Assembly: GCA_041649475.1 (NCBI GenBank)
Contig: JBAZNA010000001.1
Span: 456,612 to 520,611, forward strand
Origin: Patescibacteria group bacterium
Lineage (GTDB): Bacteria > Patescibacteriota > Patescibacteriia > Magasanikbacterales > GWA2-37-8
DNA: 64,000 nucleotides
Direction of reading: 5' to 3'
In this document: positions 22,901 to 32,409 of the stretch, piece after piece
Position numbering within the stretch: position 1 is the first letter of the stretch
Layout: each line of letters starts with the position of its first letter
Notes under the pieces: model-generated
What the model saw: only the letters and a program-made list of their open reading frames with translations
What the model was told of the DNA's origin: nothing
Database searches by the model: none
Made by a program: the position numbers and the translations under genes

Positions 22901-24713
22901 TGATGATATGGCATATATTAAGGGATCGTCTGATACTCATGAAAAAACTTTCTTTCTTGCTGGAATCAAAAATACTTCTTTCAATTCTTTGTATGAAAAT
23001 AAGCTTACTGAGATATCGGACCTTGAATTCGAGAAATTACTTCGTTTAATAACTCTTCACCAGGGACTAACATATGATTTTGATATCATTAAGGATTTGA
23101 ATTACAGGGATGCAACAAAACAAATTGAAAATATCGTAACAATGCAAATGACTTATTTAATGGATGGAAGATTTGTGGATTTCACTAGCAATAACAAAGC
23201 TGATGCACAATCACTTAGGCGAGTGATTAAAAATAAGATGCAATTTCCTAAGGAACAATTTTCCAAATTAAAAAATGCTTTTCCTTGTATTTTGGCCGGC
23301 ATTCGTGATTATGCCGAATACATACCGTTAGTACCGGAAATATTTGATTTGGTTATAATTGATGAAGCATCACAGGTGAGTATAGCCCAAGCCTTCCCGG
23401 CTCTCTTAAGAGCAAAAAAAATTGTAGTGCTTGGCGACAATCTTCAATTTAGTAACGTAAAATCAGCGTTGGCACGAGGAGATATAAACCAACAACATCT
23501 TGCAGGTTTGAAAGACGTATTTTTAAAAACCATTTCCAATGAAACAGACAAGGTAGTCCGTTTGGAAAAATTTAATATTAAAGTTTCAATACTCGATTTT
23601 TTAGGTTTTATTAATAACTACCGCACCAGTCTTAAAAAACATTTCCGTGGATATAGAGAACTTATTTCCTATTCAAATAAATTCTTCTACAAAAATAGTC
23701 TACAGGTCATGAAAGTTCGTGGCGTACCGATTAGTTCTGTAATCAAATTTTCACAAGTTGAACATGACGGGTTAGAAGAAGCTATCAAGAATACAAATGT
23801 ACCTGAAATTAATTTTATTATTTCCGAACTGAAAACACTTAAGGAACAGGGAAAAAGTTGTTCGGTGGGTATTATTACACCCCACACTAACCAGCAAGGG
23901 TTATTATATGAAAAGATAAGCAGCTTGCCGGAAGCAGATTATTTTTTTGATGTATTAAAACTCAAAATAATGACCTTTGATACATGTCAGGGAGAAGAAA
24001 TGGACATTGTTTTATATTCGATGGTAGCTACCAAGGCAGATGATAAATTGAATTATGTCTTTTCCACTAACCTTGAAAATATCGATCTGGACGATGATGA
24101 GGGTAAAATTAAGGCTCAGCGTCTTAATGTCGGTTTAAGTCGTGCTAAGGAGTGTATGCACTTCGTCCTCAGTAAACCTATAGATCAGTACACAGGAACG
24201 GTGAAAGAATTTCTCCAGCATTACAAAAATACTTTGGTTGAAGGTCAAAAAGAGTTTGATTCAAGTGCAGTAGATAATAATTCTGAAATGGAACCCCTCG
24301 TGCTTAATTGGTTTTATCAAACAAAATTTTGGGAAGAAAACAAAGGAACCGCTGAAATAATTCCACAGTTTGAGTTGGGCAAATATTTGAAACAACTTGA
24401 TAATAGTTATAAACATCCAAATTATAGAGTTGATTTTTTATTAGTGTATAACGATAATGATGGATTTCAACACAAGATTATTATTGAGTATGATGGTTTC
24501 CTTGAACATTTTGGACGTTCAATGGAAGTGGTTAATGGGGGAAATTATCAAGAATATTATTCGCCTGAAGATGTGTATCGGCAACATGTTCTTGAGGGTT
24601 ACGGTTATAAATTTATAAGGATAAACAAATTTAATCTGGGTGAAGATCCTATAACAACTCTTGATTCAAGAATACAAAATATAGTAAAAAAAAAACTTCA
24701 AACCACGAGATAA
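19944..24713 (+). CDS. SF1 (DNA2/NAM7-like) helicase with coiled-coil insert and C-terminal Vsr/DUF559-like endonuclease
   Basis: EGPPGTGKS, IIDEASQ, LGDNLQ, TFDTCQGEE, RLNVGLSRAK, YRVDFL...IEYDGFLEH. Confidence 0.88.
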   Translation: MNKNISRIQIVESIPRFIKAVGNYFMDFLETDFHKRKLPRRNIELHNEKGLLTGVNLNKYPSFYKVAYKLVNNCFNSDVLNSVQKGVYKADIPKSLLDLIKKQVNKVSNAEILNLTKEIDEAVHQSALKYKDDYLQAFNSVMEDADRVFKRRIVLDLVKSIEKSLQNTKLADENAIFQIEEELTDILKNKIKDVVSEGLKQLLSGEKTSIKNLLKDVLDLEEVRTSLTKFFDMFKVSDLFNDLHELYQNYKIEDKKEFYFYFYDISYQKNKYPIFYIPFSIERKSDEFSIVFDSQIYINKKALAYIVQEYNRERDRKGSLQTIDDRIIYLADHTDDLNLILQQTITEITNFFGLEENIFVAKPDIQTSKNLYISLSTNVYVALFDKSDEALLNDYEDILNAPEGSPLMNGFKILIEDFINKNPVSIQIPIADEWDGKSVGERLVCKSPIPLNSEQQQILSAINNNQSKYVLVEGPPGTGKSHTITAIVFDTILKGNSVLVLSDKKEALDVVEKNIINTLNKVRVDEKFQNPLLRLGKTGNTYNQLLTQSSIDGITEQFRVVKSKYPNLNEQIDIAITALRNGVEKQIGAYKKISLADVNELVSLKQHFDENGFCIDIDEAINNPDSVVELTKIRSILLNLKKQINTNKKISFNFNFKKELNEESSTNLESIISALEDIRELVTDNPQFLEVKLLISYQKIVQENKPNVEKLIGGLEDVFEIVDILTKNKKYTDLIGIQKNKFNSLAVLKDVTQYTLKLKEMLVKVKYFAKDTLPLLNFFKQSSELDAVDLEQYIDSAKQLKRGLFGYLGKGKEVHELNQNFRKKFPLSKFEDPHKNLKDLESILAIYKYILELKKEVPTCEYDDCVDIIVSLLKKEDLFFSDEQLDRLHKLVESLSKVEKNIEDLKSDIKDATLQELKNIATIFEINSLYEELGELMASEKELLDLNIDLEKNKNLEVLIQKSNLDRLIIEIKTCKEYVDTLLEINDDMAYIKGSSDTHEKTFFLAGIKNTSFNSLYENKLTEISDLEFEKLLRLITLHQGLTYDFDIIKDLNYRDATKQIENIVTMQMTYLMDGRFVDFTSNNKADAQSLRRVIKNKMQFPKEQFSKLKNAFPCILAGIRDYAEYIPLVPEIFDLVIIDEASQVSIAQAFPALLRAKKIVVLGDNLQFSNVKSALARGDINQQHLAGLKDVFLKTISNETDKVVRLEKFNIKVSILDFLGFINNYRTSLKKHFRGYRELISYSNKFFYKNSLQVMKVRGVPISSVIKFSQVEHDGLEEAIKNTNVPEINFIISELKTLKEQGKSCSVGIITPHTNQQGLLYEKISSLPEADYFFDVLKLKIMTFDTCQGEEMDIVLYSMVATKADDKLNYVFSTNLENIDLDDDEGKIKAQRLNVGLSRAKECMHFVLSKPIDQYTGTVKEFLQHYKNTLVEGQKEFDSSAVDNNSEMEPLVLNWFYQTKFWEENKGTAEIIPQFELGKYLKQLDNSYKHPNYRVDFLLVYNDNDGFQHKIIIEYDGFLEHFGRSMEVVNGGNYQEYYSPEDVYRQHVLEGYGYKFIRINKFNLGEDPITTLDSRIQNIVKKKLQTTR

Positions 24714-24742
24714 TAAATAATATACAGAATACGATTCTTGAC

Positions 24743-25405
24743 TTGCACAGTGGTGCCGCTAAAGAATGTCCTCAGTGTGGAGAAGTAAAGCCCATATCGG
24801 ATTTTAAAGATAAATCGCTTGTCACAGGCATCGGTAGATTTTGTTTGAAGTGTAAAACACATATGTCACGACGTGAGTATGTGCCGACATTCAATTGGAA
24901 AGGGGTGGAATTAAAGAGTGAATCGCCAAAAAGTGATATTAATAAACTTTTAAATTTTTCAGAGCACCCAGAGAAATACGCTACAGGGACCGATAGTGCG
25001 AATGAAAAACTAAGTTATTTGGAGAGCATTAAACATAAATTTAATGAAGAACAATTAACGACCTACACTGCGGCACGTAAAAGATTTGATCTGGCACTTG
25101 CCTTAAAAAAGGAAGCTATGGTCCAAAAGGTTGATCATAGTGCTATGTTAGTGGAGGCATTTAAAAACCACAGGTCGATAAAAATTCGCTATAAGGGTTC
25201 GTGGAGAATGATTGACCCCTATTCTCTCAATAATACTTATGTTGTAGCTTACTGTCACCTTGCACGTGATATTCGTACCTTTAGAGTGGATAGAATTCAA
25301 GATGTGGAACTTTTAGAGAGTTTTAATTTTAATAAATTTTTACAGACGACAGCAGAATCTAAACTTGTGGAAGCCCCTAAATATAAAGGATACCAGAGGT
25401 ACTGA
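24743..25405 (+). CDS. Zn-finger + WYL-domain ORF, probably a -1 frameshift extension of the helicase
   Basis: CPQC...CLKC; IRY...RMIDPYSL...AYCHLARDIRTFRVDRI; only a TTG start; frame open back to the A10 run. Confidence 0.8.
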   Translation: MHSGAAKECPQCGEVKPISDFKDKSLVTGIGRFCLKCKTHMSRREYVPTFNWKGVELKSESPKSDINKLLNFSEHPEKYATGTDSANEKLSYLESIKHKFNEEQLTTYTAARKRFDLALALKKEAMVQKVDHSAMLVEAFKNHRSIKIRYKGSWRMIDPYSLNNTYVVAYCHLARDIRTFRVDRIQDVELLESFNFNKFLQTTAESKLVEAPKYKGYQRY

Positions 25406-25451
25406 AGTTTACCTGCTTAATTACAAGTACAAAAATACTTTATTTCTCAAT

Positions 25452-28400
25452 ATGTCATTTGAATCGCGTTATAAAGATCTAAACAAAGAACAAAGACTTG
25501 CTGTTGATACTATCGATGGTCCTGTTTTAGTTATTGCTGGTCCAGGATCTGGTAAAACAGAGCTTTTAAGTTTACGTGTAGCAAACATCTTAAAAAATAG
25601 CGATGTATATCCCACAAATATTTTATGCCTTACGTTTACCGATTCAGCAGCAAAAAACATGATGGAACGTTTATCTGGACTTATAGGTATTAATGCACAT
25701 AAAGTAGCAATTTACACTTTCCACAGTTTTGCACTTAGTATAATGCACAGATTCCGAGAAGATTTTTATAACTATCAACAAATGAACTCTGCGGATGAAA
25801 TAATTCAGATCGAAACTCTATCTGATATTTTAGAGACAATACCACTTTCAGATGCCTTTAGTACAAAAGGACCCGATGGTACTTACTTGTACATCAAAAG
25901 TATAAGAGATAGAATTGACAAATTAAAAAAAGCCGGTATTACTCCTGAAGAGTATGCAAAAATATTAAAAATAAATGAAATTAGTTATACAACAATTGAA
26001 AAAATTATAATTCCTTTTTTTGAAGAGCGCATGTCGAAAAGCGTGCGAGAGAAAATTCCAGATTTATTAACAGAAATAAATTCAATTGTTTTACAACCTG
26101 GTGATATTCAGCACACAAGTTTTCTTGATTATAAAGAATTGATAATTTCATCTCTTACGTCGGCTTATGAAAAAGCAGTTGAAGAAAATTGTACAAAACC
26201 TTTAACCGTATGGAAAGAAGAATGGCTTAAGAGAGATTCGGATTCAAAAGAGTTGCACCTTAAGGATACACACCAACTAAAAAGAAACCAGACACTTGCA
26301 CAAATATACAATAAATATCAATCAGCCTTGGCCACCGCGGGTTATATTGATTTTAATGACATGATTATTGATGTTATTAATGTACTGAAAAAGAAAAAAG
26401 GTATTCTCGCACAACTTCAAGAACAGTATCAATATATTTTGGTTGATGAATTTCAAGATACAAATGATGCTCAAATGAGCATTATTCATCTTTTAGTTGA
26501 TAATCCGGTTAATGAAGGCAGGCCCAATATTATGGTCGTGGGTGATGATGATCAGTCTGTTTATAAATTTCAAGGTGCGGATATAAATAACATTTTGCAA
26601 TTCAAAAAAAGATATCCGGATACCAAATTAATTACTCTGGTTAAGAACTATCGGTCAACTCCTGCAATTGTTGATTTTGCACAATTGGTTATATCACAAG
26701 GGGAGGATAGACTATCTACGCGCTTTAAAGAAATAGAAAAGAAATTAGAAGCGGTTAATCCAAATATTCCTGATGGGGAAATTATTGCCCACACGTTCGA
26801 TACTGCGTTACATGAATATGCATATGTAGCACATGAAATTCAGGAAAAAATTGAACATGGAGTCAATCCAAACGATATAGCTGTGATTGCAAGGAACCAT
26901 AAGCACCTAGAAATAATTGCACGTTACCTTCAATCAAAGGTGATCCCAATAAGATATGAAAGGCAGCGGAACGTTTTAGAAGAATCGCACATTCAACAAC
27001 TTATTTTATTGGCGCGATTAATCCAGTCAATTGCTACTAAAAATATTAACTATCAAGATGACTTGTTACCGAGAGTTTTATCGTTTCCATTTTTTGATTT
27101 GGAACGTCAAACATTATGGGAATTATCAATTGAGGCACACAAGAATCAGAAAAATTGGATTAGTACGATGCTAGAAAATCATAACGTTAAGCTTCAGTCT
27201 GTAGCTAAATGGCTTATTGATTTAGCAACCCAGGCAGATACAAGCTCGATGGATTCATTGATTGATATAATGATAGGTCCACCAGAAAATAAAGATTTTT
27301 TTTCATCACCATTTAGACAGTTTTATTTTAGTAAAGAGAGATTTGAAACTGATCCGCGCAAATATCTACAATTCCTATCAAGCCTAAATACTTTTATAAA
27401 CACCGTCCGTTCTTACTGTGCCAAGAGCAAAGCACCACGTATATCAGATTTACTAGACTGTGTAGATGTATATCAAAAAAATTGTCTTCCTATTACAGAT
27501 ACAAGCCCTTATTTAAGTGGAACAGAAGCTGTTACGCTTTTGGTGGCACATAAAGCAAAAGGGCTTGAATTTGATACTGTCTTTGTGATTAACTGCCAAA
27601 ATAATATATGGGCAAAGTCACAAGGGGCAGACTTGATTGCATTTCCTAAAAATTTACCAATTGATTCATCTGGTGACACTTTTGATGATTATTTACGTAT
27701 ATTTTTTGTTGCGCTTACACGCGCTAAACACCATTTATATGTTACTAGTTACACTAGAGAGGAAAACGGAAAGGATGCCTTACAAGTTCCGTTCTTAGAA
27801 CCAAATCTTTTTAAAGATTTTAAACACAATATTCTTGCACATCATCAAGAAACTACTCTATCGGATACGATTGCAACATTAGAAAACAATGTATTTCCAA
27901 CGCTTGGGCCAATCGCGACAGATGAAAGGCCTGTTTTACAACCTCTGATAGATGAATATGCAATGAGTGTAACTCATTTAAATAACTTTCTCGATGTAAC
28001 CAAGGGAGGGCCTTACTATTTTTTTGAACAAAATTTTCTTCATTTTCCGCAAGCAAAAAGCGCTTCCATGGCATATGGAACAGCAATGCATAAAACTACG
28101 GAGTCTATATATGCGTACTTGAAAGAAAAAAATTTCTTACCCACACTTCAGGAGGTTGATTTAATGTTAAGTGAAAAAATGGAAAAAGAAGCGATGAGCG
28201 AATTAGATTTAACCAAATATTTAGAAAAGGGGAAAGATGCTTGGAAAGTATACTTTGATGTTGCTATAAAACATTTTGATGTTTCTCATTGGATAGAAAC
28301 TGACTTCAAATTACAGCACGTTATGATAGATAAAGCCCAAATTACCGGAAAAATAGATAAAATAATACCTAATGAAGAAGAAAAGTTACTAGAAGTTTAC

Positions 28401-28760
28401 GATTTTAAAACAGGAAAATATCACCGAGACTGGGATGGAAAGGATATATATAAAAAAATTCAATTATACAGTTATAAAAGACAGTTGATGTTTTATAAAT
28501 TATTGATAGAAGGCTCACGTGATTATTCAAAGTATACAGTACATAGGGGGTGTCTGGAATTTCTAACGCCAACAATGGATAATGAAATAGTGGTTCTACC
28601 ATACGATATCACGGATGAAGATGTTGAAAGATTGAAAAAAATAATTATTGCGGTGTATAAAAAGATACAGCGTTTAGATTTTCCAGATGTAAGCAAATAT
28701 GAACAATCGCTCGAGGGTATAGTTATGTTTGAAAACGATCTAATTGCCGGAAATATTTAA
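25452..28760 (+). CDS. UvrD/PcrA-like helicase fused to a PD-(D/E)XK nuclease
   Basis: AGPGSGKT, VDEFQD, VGDDDQS, NYRS, HKAKGLEF, VALTRAK, GKIDKI...YDFKTG. Confidence 0.92.
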   Translation: MSFESRYKDLNKEQRLAVDTIDGPVLVIAGPGSGKTELLSLRVANILKNSDVYPTNILCLTFTDSAAKNMMERLSGLIGINAHKVAIYTFHSFALSIMHRFREDFYNYQQMNSADEIIQIETLSDILETIPLSDAFSTKGPDGTYLYIKSIRDRIDKLKKAGITPEEYAKILKINEISYTTIEKIIIPFFEERMSKSVREKIPDLLTEINSIVLQPGDIQHTSFLDYKELIISSLTSAYEKAVEENCTKPLTVWKEEWLKRDSDSKELHLKDTHQLKRNQTLAQIYNKYQSALATAGYIDFNDMIIDVINVLKKKKGILAQLQEQYQYILVDEFQDTNDAQMSIIHLLVDNPVNEGRPNIMVVGDDDQSVYKFQGADINNILQFKKRYPDTKLITLVKNYRSTPAIVDFAQLVISQGEDRLSTRFKEIEKKLEAVNPNIPDGEIIAHTFDTALHEYAYVAHEIQEKIEHGVNPNDIAVIARNHKHLEIIARYLQSKVIPIRYERQRNVLEESHIQQLILLARLIQSIATKNINYQDDLLPRVLSFPFFDLERQTLWELSIEAHKNQKNWISTMLENHNVKLQSVAKWLIDLATQADTSSMDSLIDIMIGPPENKDFFSSPFRQFYFSKERFETDPRKYLQFLSSLNTFINTVRSYCAKSKAPRISDLLDCVDVYQKNCLPITDTSPYLSGTEAVTLLVAHKAKGLEFDTVFVINCQNNIWAKSQGADLIAFPKNLPIDSSGDTFDDYLRIFFVALTRAKHHLYVTSYTREENGKDALQVPFLEPNLFKDFKHNILAHHQETTLSDTIATLENNVFPTLGPIATDERPVLQPLIDEYAMSVTHLNNFLDVTKGGPYYFFEQNFLHFPQAKSASMAYGTAMHKTTESIYAYLKEKNFLPTLQEVDLMLSEKMEKEAMSELDLTKYLEKGKDAWKVYFDVAIKHFDVSHWIETDFKLQHVMIDKAQITGKIDKIIPNEEEKLLEVYDFKTGKYHRDWDGKDIYKKIQLYSYKRQLMFYKLLIEGSRDYSKYTVHRGCLEFLTPTMDNEIVVLPYDITDEDVERLKKIIIAVYKKIQRLDFPDVSKYEQSLEGIVMFENDLIAGNI

Positions 28761-28777
28761 AATTTAATAAATATTGT

Positions 28778-29233
28778 ATGGTTCAAGTTTGGCCGTTATT
28801 AAAAGCATTCTTTCCGCTAATTGAGTTCGTCTTGATATTGTTGGTATTAAAAATAGTAGTGGAAGAAATATATTATAGATTTTTTTATAAAGATGAGTCT
28901 GTTTCAAAATTACGTCATCAGCCTACCCTAGAGGCTAAAAAATTAAATGAGGAACTTACAAAACTTGGTTATAATTCTGAATTAGAAAAATGGGACGGGC
29001 ACAAACATATTGATATTGCTGTTGTGCCTGCTAAAACTAACATAGAAATTGATGGGTCATATCATAATTACAGAGCTAGTTCTGCTTTGAGGGATTTGGA
29101 ACGAACATTTTATTCACTTGAAAAAGGTTATATCACGTTAAGGATACCAAACTCGTTAGTTAGATATAAACTGGCAGAAACTGTAAAATATGTAGACAAA
29201 ATTTTAAAGATAAGGACAAATGTCAATATCTGA
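28778..29233 (+). CDS. Membrane-anchored DUF559-like endonuclease
   Basis: N-terminal TM; HIDIA...IEIDGSYH...D..R....G...LR. Confidence 0.75.
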   Translation: MVQVWPLLKAFFPLIEFVLILLVLKIVVEEIYYRFFYKDESVSKLRHQPTLEAKKLNEELTKLGYNSELEKWDGHKHIDIAVVPAKTNIEIDGSYHNYRASSALRDLERTFYSLEKGYITLRIPNSLVRYKLAETVKYVDKILKIRTNVNI

Positions 29234-29801
29234 GCAAACAATCCAGGATTTTAAAAAGCTGTACGCTGAAAAATATCACAAGGAGATTTCTAGTGGAGAA
29301 GCGGAAATGGCGATAGGTAATCTTGTAGGGCTTGTTGAAGTGCTGTTAAAAATAGACGAAGAAGAAGTAGAGAGAAAAAGGCGACTGAAGTATGAACCAA
29401 AGGGATTTCATTTGAATGATGGGACTTATAATTGCGGAATTTGTGGAACAAGTGTTTCTGGAGATTCGTGCTGGTATGACAAATTTGGAATTAAATGTAT
29501 GATCTGTCAACGCGCTATTAATAAACATATAATTCCCGGTTCGCTCTGTTATAAAGATACCTGGTACAAAATATGGGAATTAGAACATTATTATGATCTG
29601 GATTCTTCTGCAGTAAGACAATTGCTCCGGGAAGGTAAGCTCAAAGCACGGATTATCCCTAGAGAAAACGGACGCCCATATTTTTATCTCTTTATAATAA
29701 GAGAAAACCAAGGCGTGCTTCATAAGAAACCAAAGTTAATCCTTAGACATGAAGAAAATGGATATGTCTCAGTTAAATATCCTAAATTAACGCTTGGCTA
29801 A
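29220..29801 (+). CDS. Hypothetical protein (helical N-terminus, CxxC-CxxC, HTH-like)
   Basis: CGIC/CMIC; LDSSAVRQLLREGKLKAR. Confidence 0.7.
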   Translation: MSISEQTIQDFKKLYAEKYHKEISSGEAEMAIGNLVGLVEVLLKIDEEEVERKRRLKYEPKGFHLNDGTYNCGICGTSVSGDSCWYDKFGIKCMICQRAINKHIIPGSLCYKDTWYKIWELEHYYDLDSSAVRQLLREGKLKARIIPRENGRPYFYLFIIRENQGVLHKKPKLILRHEENGYVSVKYPKLTLG

Positions 29802-29830
29802 ACAATAAAAGTAAAAAAGTAAACTTTGGT

Positions 29831-30331
29831 ATGGTAGATATTAAAATAATTGAAGGTGATATTACAACACTAAGTGTGGATGCAATAATTAACGCTGCCA
29901 ATGAGACACTTTTGGGAGGTGGTGGTGTTGATGGGGTAATTCATTACGTTGCTGGTCCGGAGTTAAAAGAAGAATGTGAGACTTTGGGAGGATGCAAAAA
30001 AGGTGAGGCAAAAATTACTAAGGGCTATAATTTACCTGCCAAATACGTGATCCATACTGTTGGTCCAGCGTATGGTTTTGAGGGTGGTCTGGAAAAGAAA
30101 ATCTTGCAGGATTGCTACATTAACAGTTTAGAAGTTGCGAAGAAAAATAATTTACGGACCGTGGCTTTCCCAGCTATCTCTACAGGCGCATTTCGGTATC
30201 CAAAGGATATGGCAGCAAAAATTGCAATGGAATGTGTTTCCGATTATACTAGCCAATACCCTGATTCATTTGATCAGATAATATTTGTAATGTTCAGTGA
30301 ATTTGATTACCTTGTGTATAAAAGTTTATAA
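29831..30331 (+). CDS. Macro-domain protein (O-acetyl-ADP-ribose deacetylase-like)
   Basis: GDIT, DAIINAAN, GGGVDG, HTVGP, AFPAISTGAFRYP. Confidence 0.92.
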   Translation: MVDIKIIEGDITTLSVDAIINAANETLLGGGGVDGVIHYVAGPELKEECETLGGCKKGEAKITKGYNLPAKYVIHTVGPAYGFEGGLEKKILQDCYINSLEVAKKNNLRTVAFPAISTGAFRYPKDMAAKIAMECVSDYTSQYPDSFDQIIFVMFSEFDYLVYKSL

Positions 30332-30333
30332 AT

Positions 30334-30744
30334 ATGAGTATTTTAGCCACTTTGGAACAAAAACAATTAATTTCAAAGGAGACCGTAGAATTATTCACCG
30401 TATCCGTGATTATATTTTTCTTGTCATTGATTTTGTTTAGACTTCATTTTTATTTGGCGGCATTGGGTTTATTGCTTATGGTACTGGGTGGATTGGCAAA
30501 CTTATATGTAATTGATTACAACAAGCTTCGTATGCCTGTTTTGAATCTAAGTCGGCGGCAACTGGCTGAGGCAAAGAGGAGGCAGCCATCACGCAGATTT
30601 TGTAAATTGGACAGAAGCACAAAATTAGCCTGGCTGGCAGACAGGTTTCAGGTTGGTAAGGGTGTTTATAGCTTGGGTGATTTTATTATGTATTTTGGTG
30701 TGGTTGTTGTAGTCCCTGAGGTCGTGTTTAGATTTTTACCTTAG
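30334..30744 (+). CDS. DUF5317-like membrane protein
   Basis: GGLANLYVIDYN..RMPV...LAWLADRF...SLGD. Confidence 0.6.
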   Translation: MSILATLEQKQLISKETVELFTVSVIIFFLSLILFRLHFYLAALGLLLMVLGGLANLYVIDYNKLRMPVLNLSRRQLAEAKRRQPSRRFCKLDRSTKLAWLADRFQVGKGVYSLGDFIMYFGVVVVVPEVVFRFLP

Positions 30745-30759
30745 TTACGAGACGGTCAT

Positions 30760-31515
30760 ATGTTTTTTAAGGCAAACATGCAAGATAAACTTTCCGTAAA
30801 ACTTTTTACGGATGTTGGCATGGGCGAAATATTTATGGCCCGCTTAATTCACCTCCACGACCATGTACTTAAGGATTTTGGTATGAGGAAGACCGATATT
30901 GATTGGCGGAATGTTGGAAAAGACCTCTTCGCTGTCATATTTGATGGATTAGTGCCAGCATTCAGCGATCTACGGACATTGCGCACAGAATGGAACGACC
31001 TCAAGGTGCCGGAACTCAAAAAAATAAAGACCGTAAAAAATGTATTTGGTAATCTAATTATAGCCTTCAAGGATCGTTTTCAGGGTGTAGTTTTGAAAAT
31101 GGGATATCCAATCGGATTCTTGTTCAAAGACGACTCAAAATTTAAAAACGGACTTACGAATTTCGTTATTAGTTACCCGAGCATACACTCTGACTTTATT
31201 AATGTGTTTCGAGAAGATCGCATTTGGCTAAAAAGGATGACTGACGTTAGGAATGTTCTTATTGAACATACATCAGGAAAACCCGAGGCTAAAATCGAGG
31301 AGTTGAATCCCTACTTAACTCCCGACAACGCTGCGGTACTGTTTGATAATTGCTGGCGCACTATGGAGGACTATCTTTTGGTGTTCACAAAGGATTTGAT
31401 AGATCCAAAATACGGCATGGAACTTCTAGAGTTGCAGGAATATCGGCAAGACAAGAATTATCCCCAGCGGGTTGGGTGGTTTATCAAACCCGAAAGACTC
31501 ATTAAGTCTGAATAG
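30760..31515 (+). CDS. Hypothetical protein, possible HEPN-like
   Basis: Helical protein with RNVLIEH (Rx5H). Confidence 0.6.
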   Translation: MFFKANMQDKLSVKLFTDVGMGEIFMARLIHLHDHVLKDFGMRKTDIDWRNVGKDLFAVIFDGLVPAFSDLRTLRTEWNDLKVPELKKIKTVKNVFGNLIIAFKDRFQGVVLKMGYPIGFLFKDDSKFKNGLTNFVISYPSIHSDFINVFREDRIWLKRMTDVRNVLIEHTSGKPEAKIEELNPYLTPDNAAVLFDNCWRTMEDYLLVFTKDLIDPKYGMELLELQEYRQDKNYPQRVGWFIKPERLIKSE

Positions 31516-31721
31516 TTTTCCAGTGGCTGCCGAAGAGAAGCGGACACCAGAGCGATGTCGAGCGACGCAGGCGGGCGAGACCACGATACGCATGGTGGAA
31601 CAGCAAAACACTCGCAGTTCTGTCAAAAGCAACTCATAAGATGGGTTGTTTTTGTTTACACTAAAAATAAGCAGGGGATTAAGCCAATTTAGGTATATAA
31701 ACCCCGCACATTTCGCTAAAA

Positions 31722-31753
31722 AAAGTTATAATAGCGTCCCGTTGGTTCCGCAA
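31722..31753 (+). repeat. att-like site 1 (tRNA-Asp-3'-end-like)
   Basis: aaagtt-N7-cgtccc-N8-cgcaa; 13/17 match to the tRNA 3' end gtcccgtccgacccgca. Confidence 0.55.
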
Positions 31754-31794
31754 AATAATTAAAAAACCCGCCGAACGTACGAAGACATGGCGGG

Positions 31795-32253
31795 CTATTC
31801 CACGAGTGGCACAACCTGCAGCCGGATGATTTCATCTAGTTTTGCGATATTACTGAACCATGGCAGTTTCAGGTCGGCGACCACTCGGAGCGCTTCAACG
31901 TCGTATTGCCTTGGGGATGTTTGGATCTGCCCCAATTTGTGAATATGGAGCAAGTCCGGAAACAATTCCCGCAAAGCTTTCAGACCGACAAGGAGTCGGA
32001 CACCATCCAGGATACGACGTGGCTGTGCAAGTTCACACAAGACATCCACGTAGCCCCGCTCGCTGTATTTGGCGAGAAACGCCGGTCCGATTGTGAGACG
32101 TTGCGCTCGGTTTGAAGGGTTGATACCCAGGCAGTGAGCCAGAGCATCGCCGATGTTGTGACTCGCATACCCTTCGAGATGTGAAATGAGCAGCTTTGCA
32201 ACTTCGGATTTTCCAGAACCGGAAGGTCCGGTCAAGATGATCAGTTTGTTCAT
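31795..32253 (-). CDS. P-loop nucleotide-kinase-like protein
   Basis: LTGPSGSGKS, ILDGVR; AGGAGG SD; promoter TTGACA-17-TACTCT at 32283-32311. Confidence 0.75.
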   Translation of the reverse strand: MNKLIILTGPSGSGKSEVAKLLISHLEGYASHNIGDALAHCLGINPSNRAQRLTIGPAFLAKYSERGYVDVLCELAQPRRILDGVRLLVGLKALRELFPDLLHIHKLGQIQTSPRQYDVEALRVVADLKLPWFSNIAKLDEIIRLQVVPLVE

Positions 32254-32325
32254 CTTTCCCCTCCTGCTTGAAAAGATCTTATAGAGTATCACTTAGTAAA
32301 AGTAATGTCAAAGATTGAGTGACAA

Positions 32326-32356
32326 AAGTTCCCACTTCGTCCCATGCACCCCGCAA
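32326..32356 (+). repeat. att-like site 2 (31-bp direct repeat copy 1)
   Basis: aagttcccacttcgtcccatgcaccccgcaa, identical to 33309-33339. Confidence 0.85.
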
Positions 32357-32409
32357 GGTATTAAAGTCCTTCATTTGAGGAGCCCTGATCATGAAATGAT
32401 CGGGCTCTT

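Larger units (their letters stand above)
6446..31753. mobile_element. Integrative element (~25 kb) inserted at the tRNA-Asp 3' end
   Basis: Large serine recombinase abutting the tRNA, D5-like helicase, ArdC/SymE/SSAP-like genes, AT-rich cargo, tRNA-3'-end-like site gtcccgttggttccgca at 31736-31752; right boundary is inferred. Confidence 0.7.

Noticed and set aside
31520-31655. GC-rich non-coding stretch with a 38-codon GTG ORF and a terminal hairpin
   Set aside because: No second copy, clear fold or recognisable product beyond a probable terminator
31690-31708. Possible fourth att-like site (accccgca)
   Set aside because: Lacks the cgtccc core; the match is too short
6446-31753. Complete prophage
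   Set aside because: No terminase, capsid, tail or lysis genes recognisable
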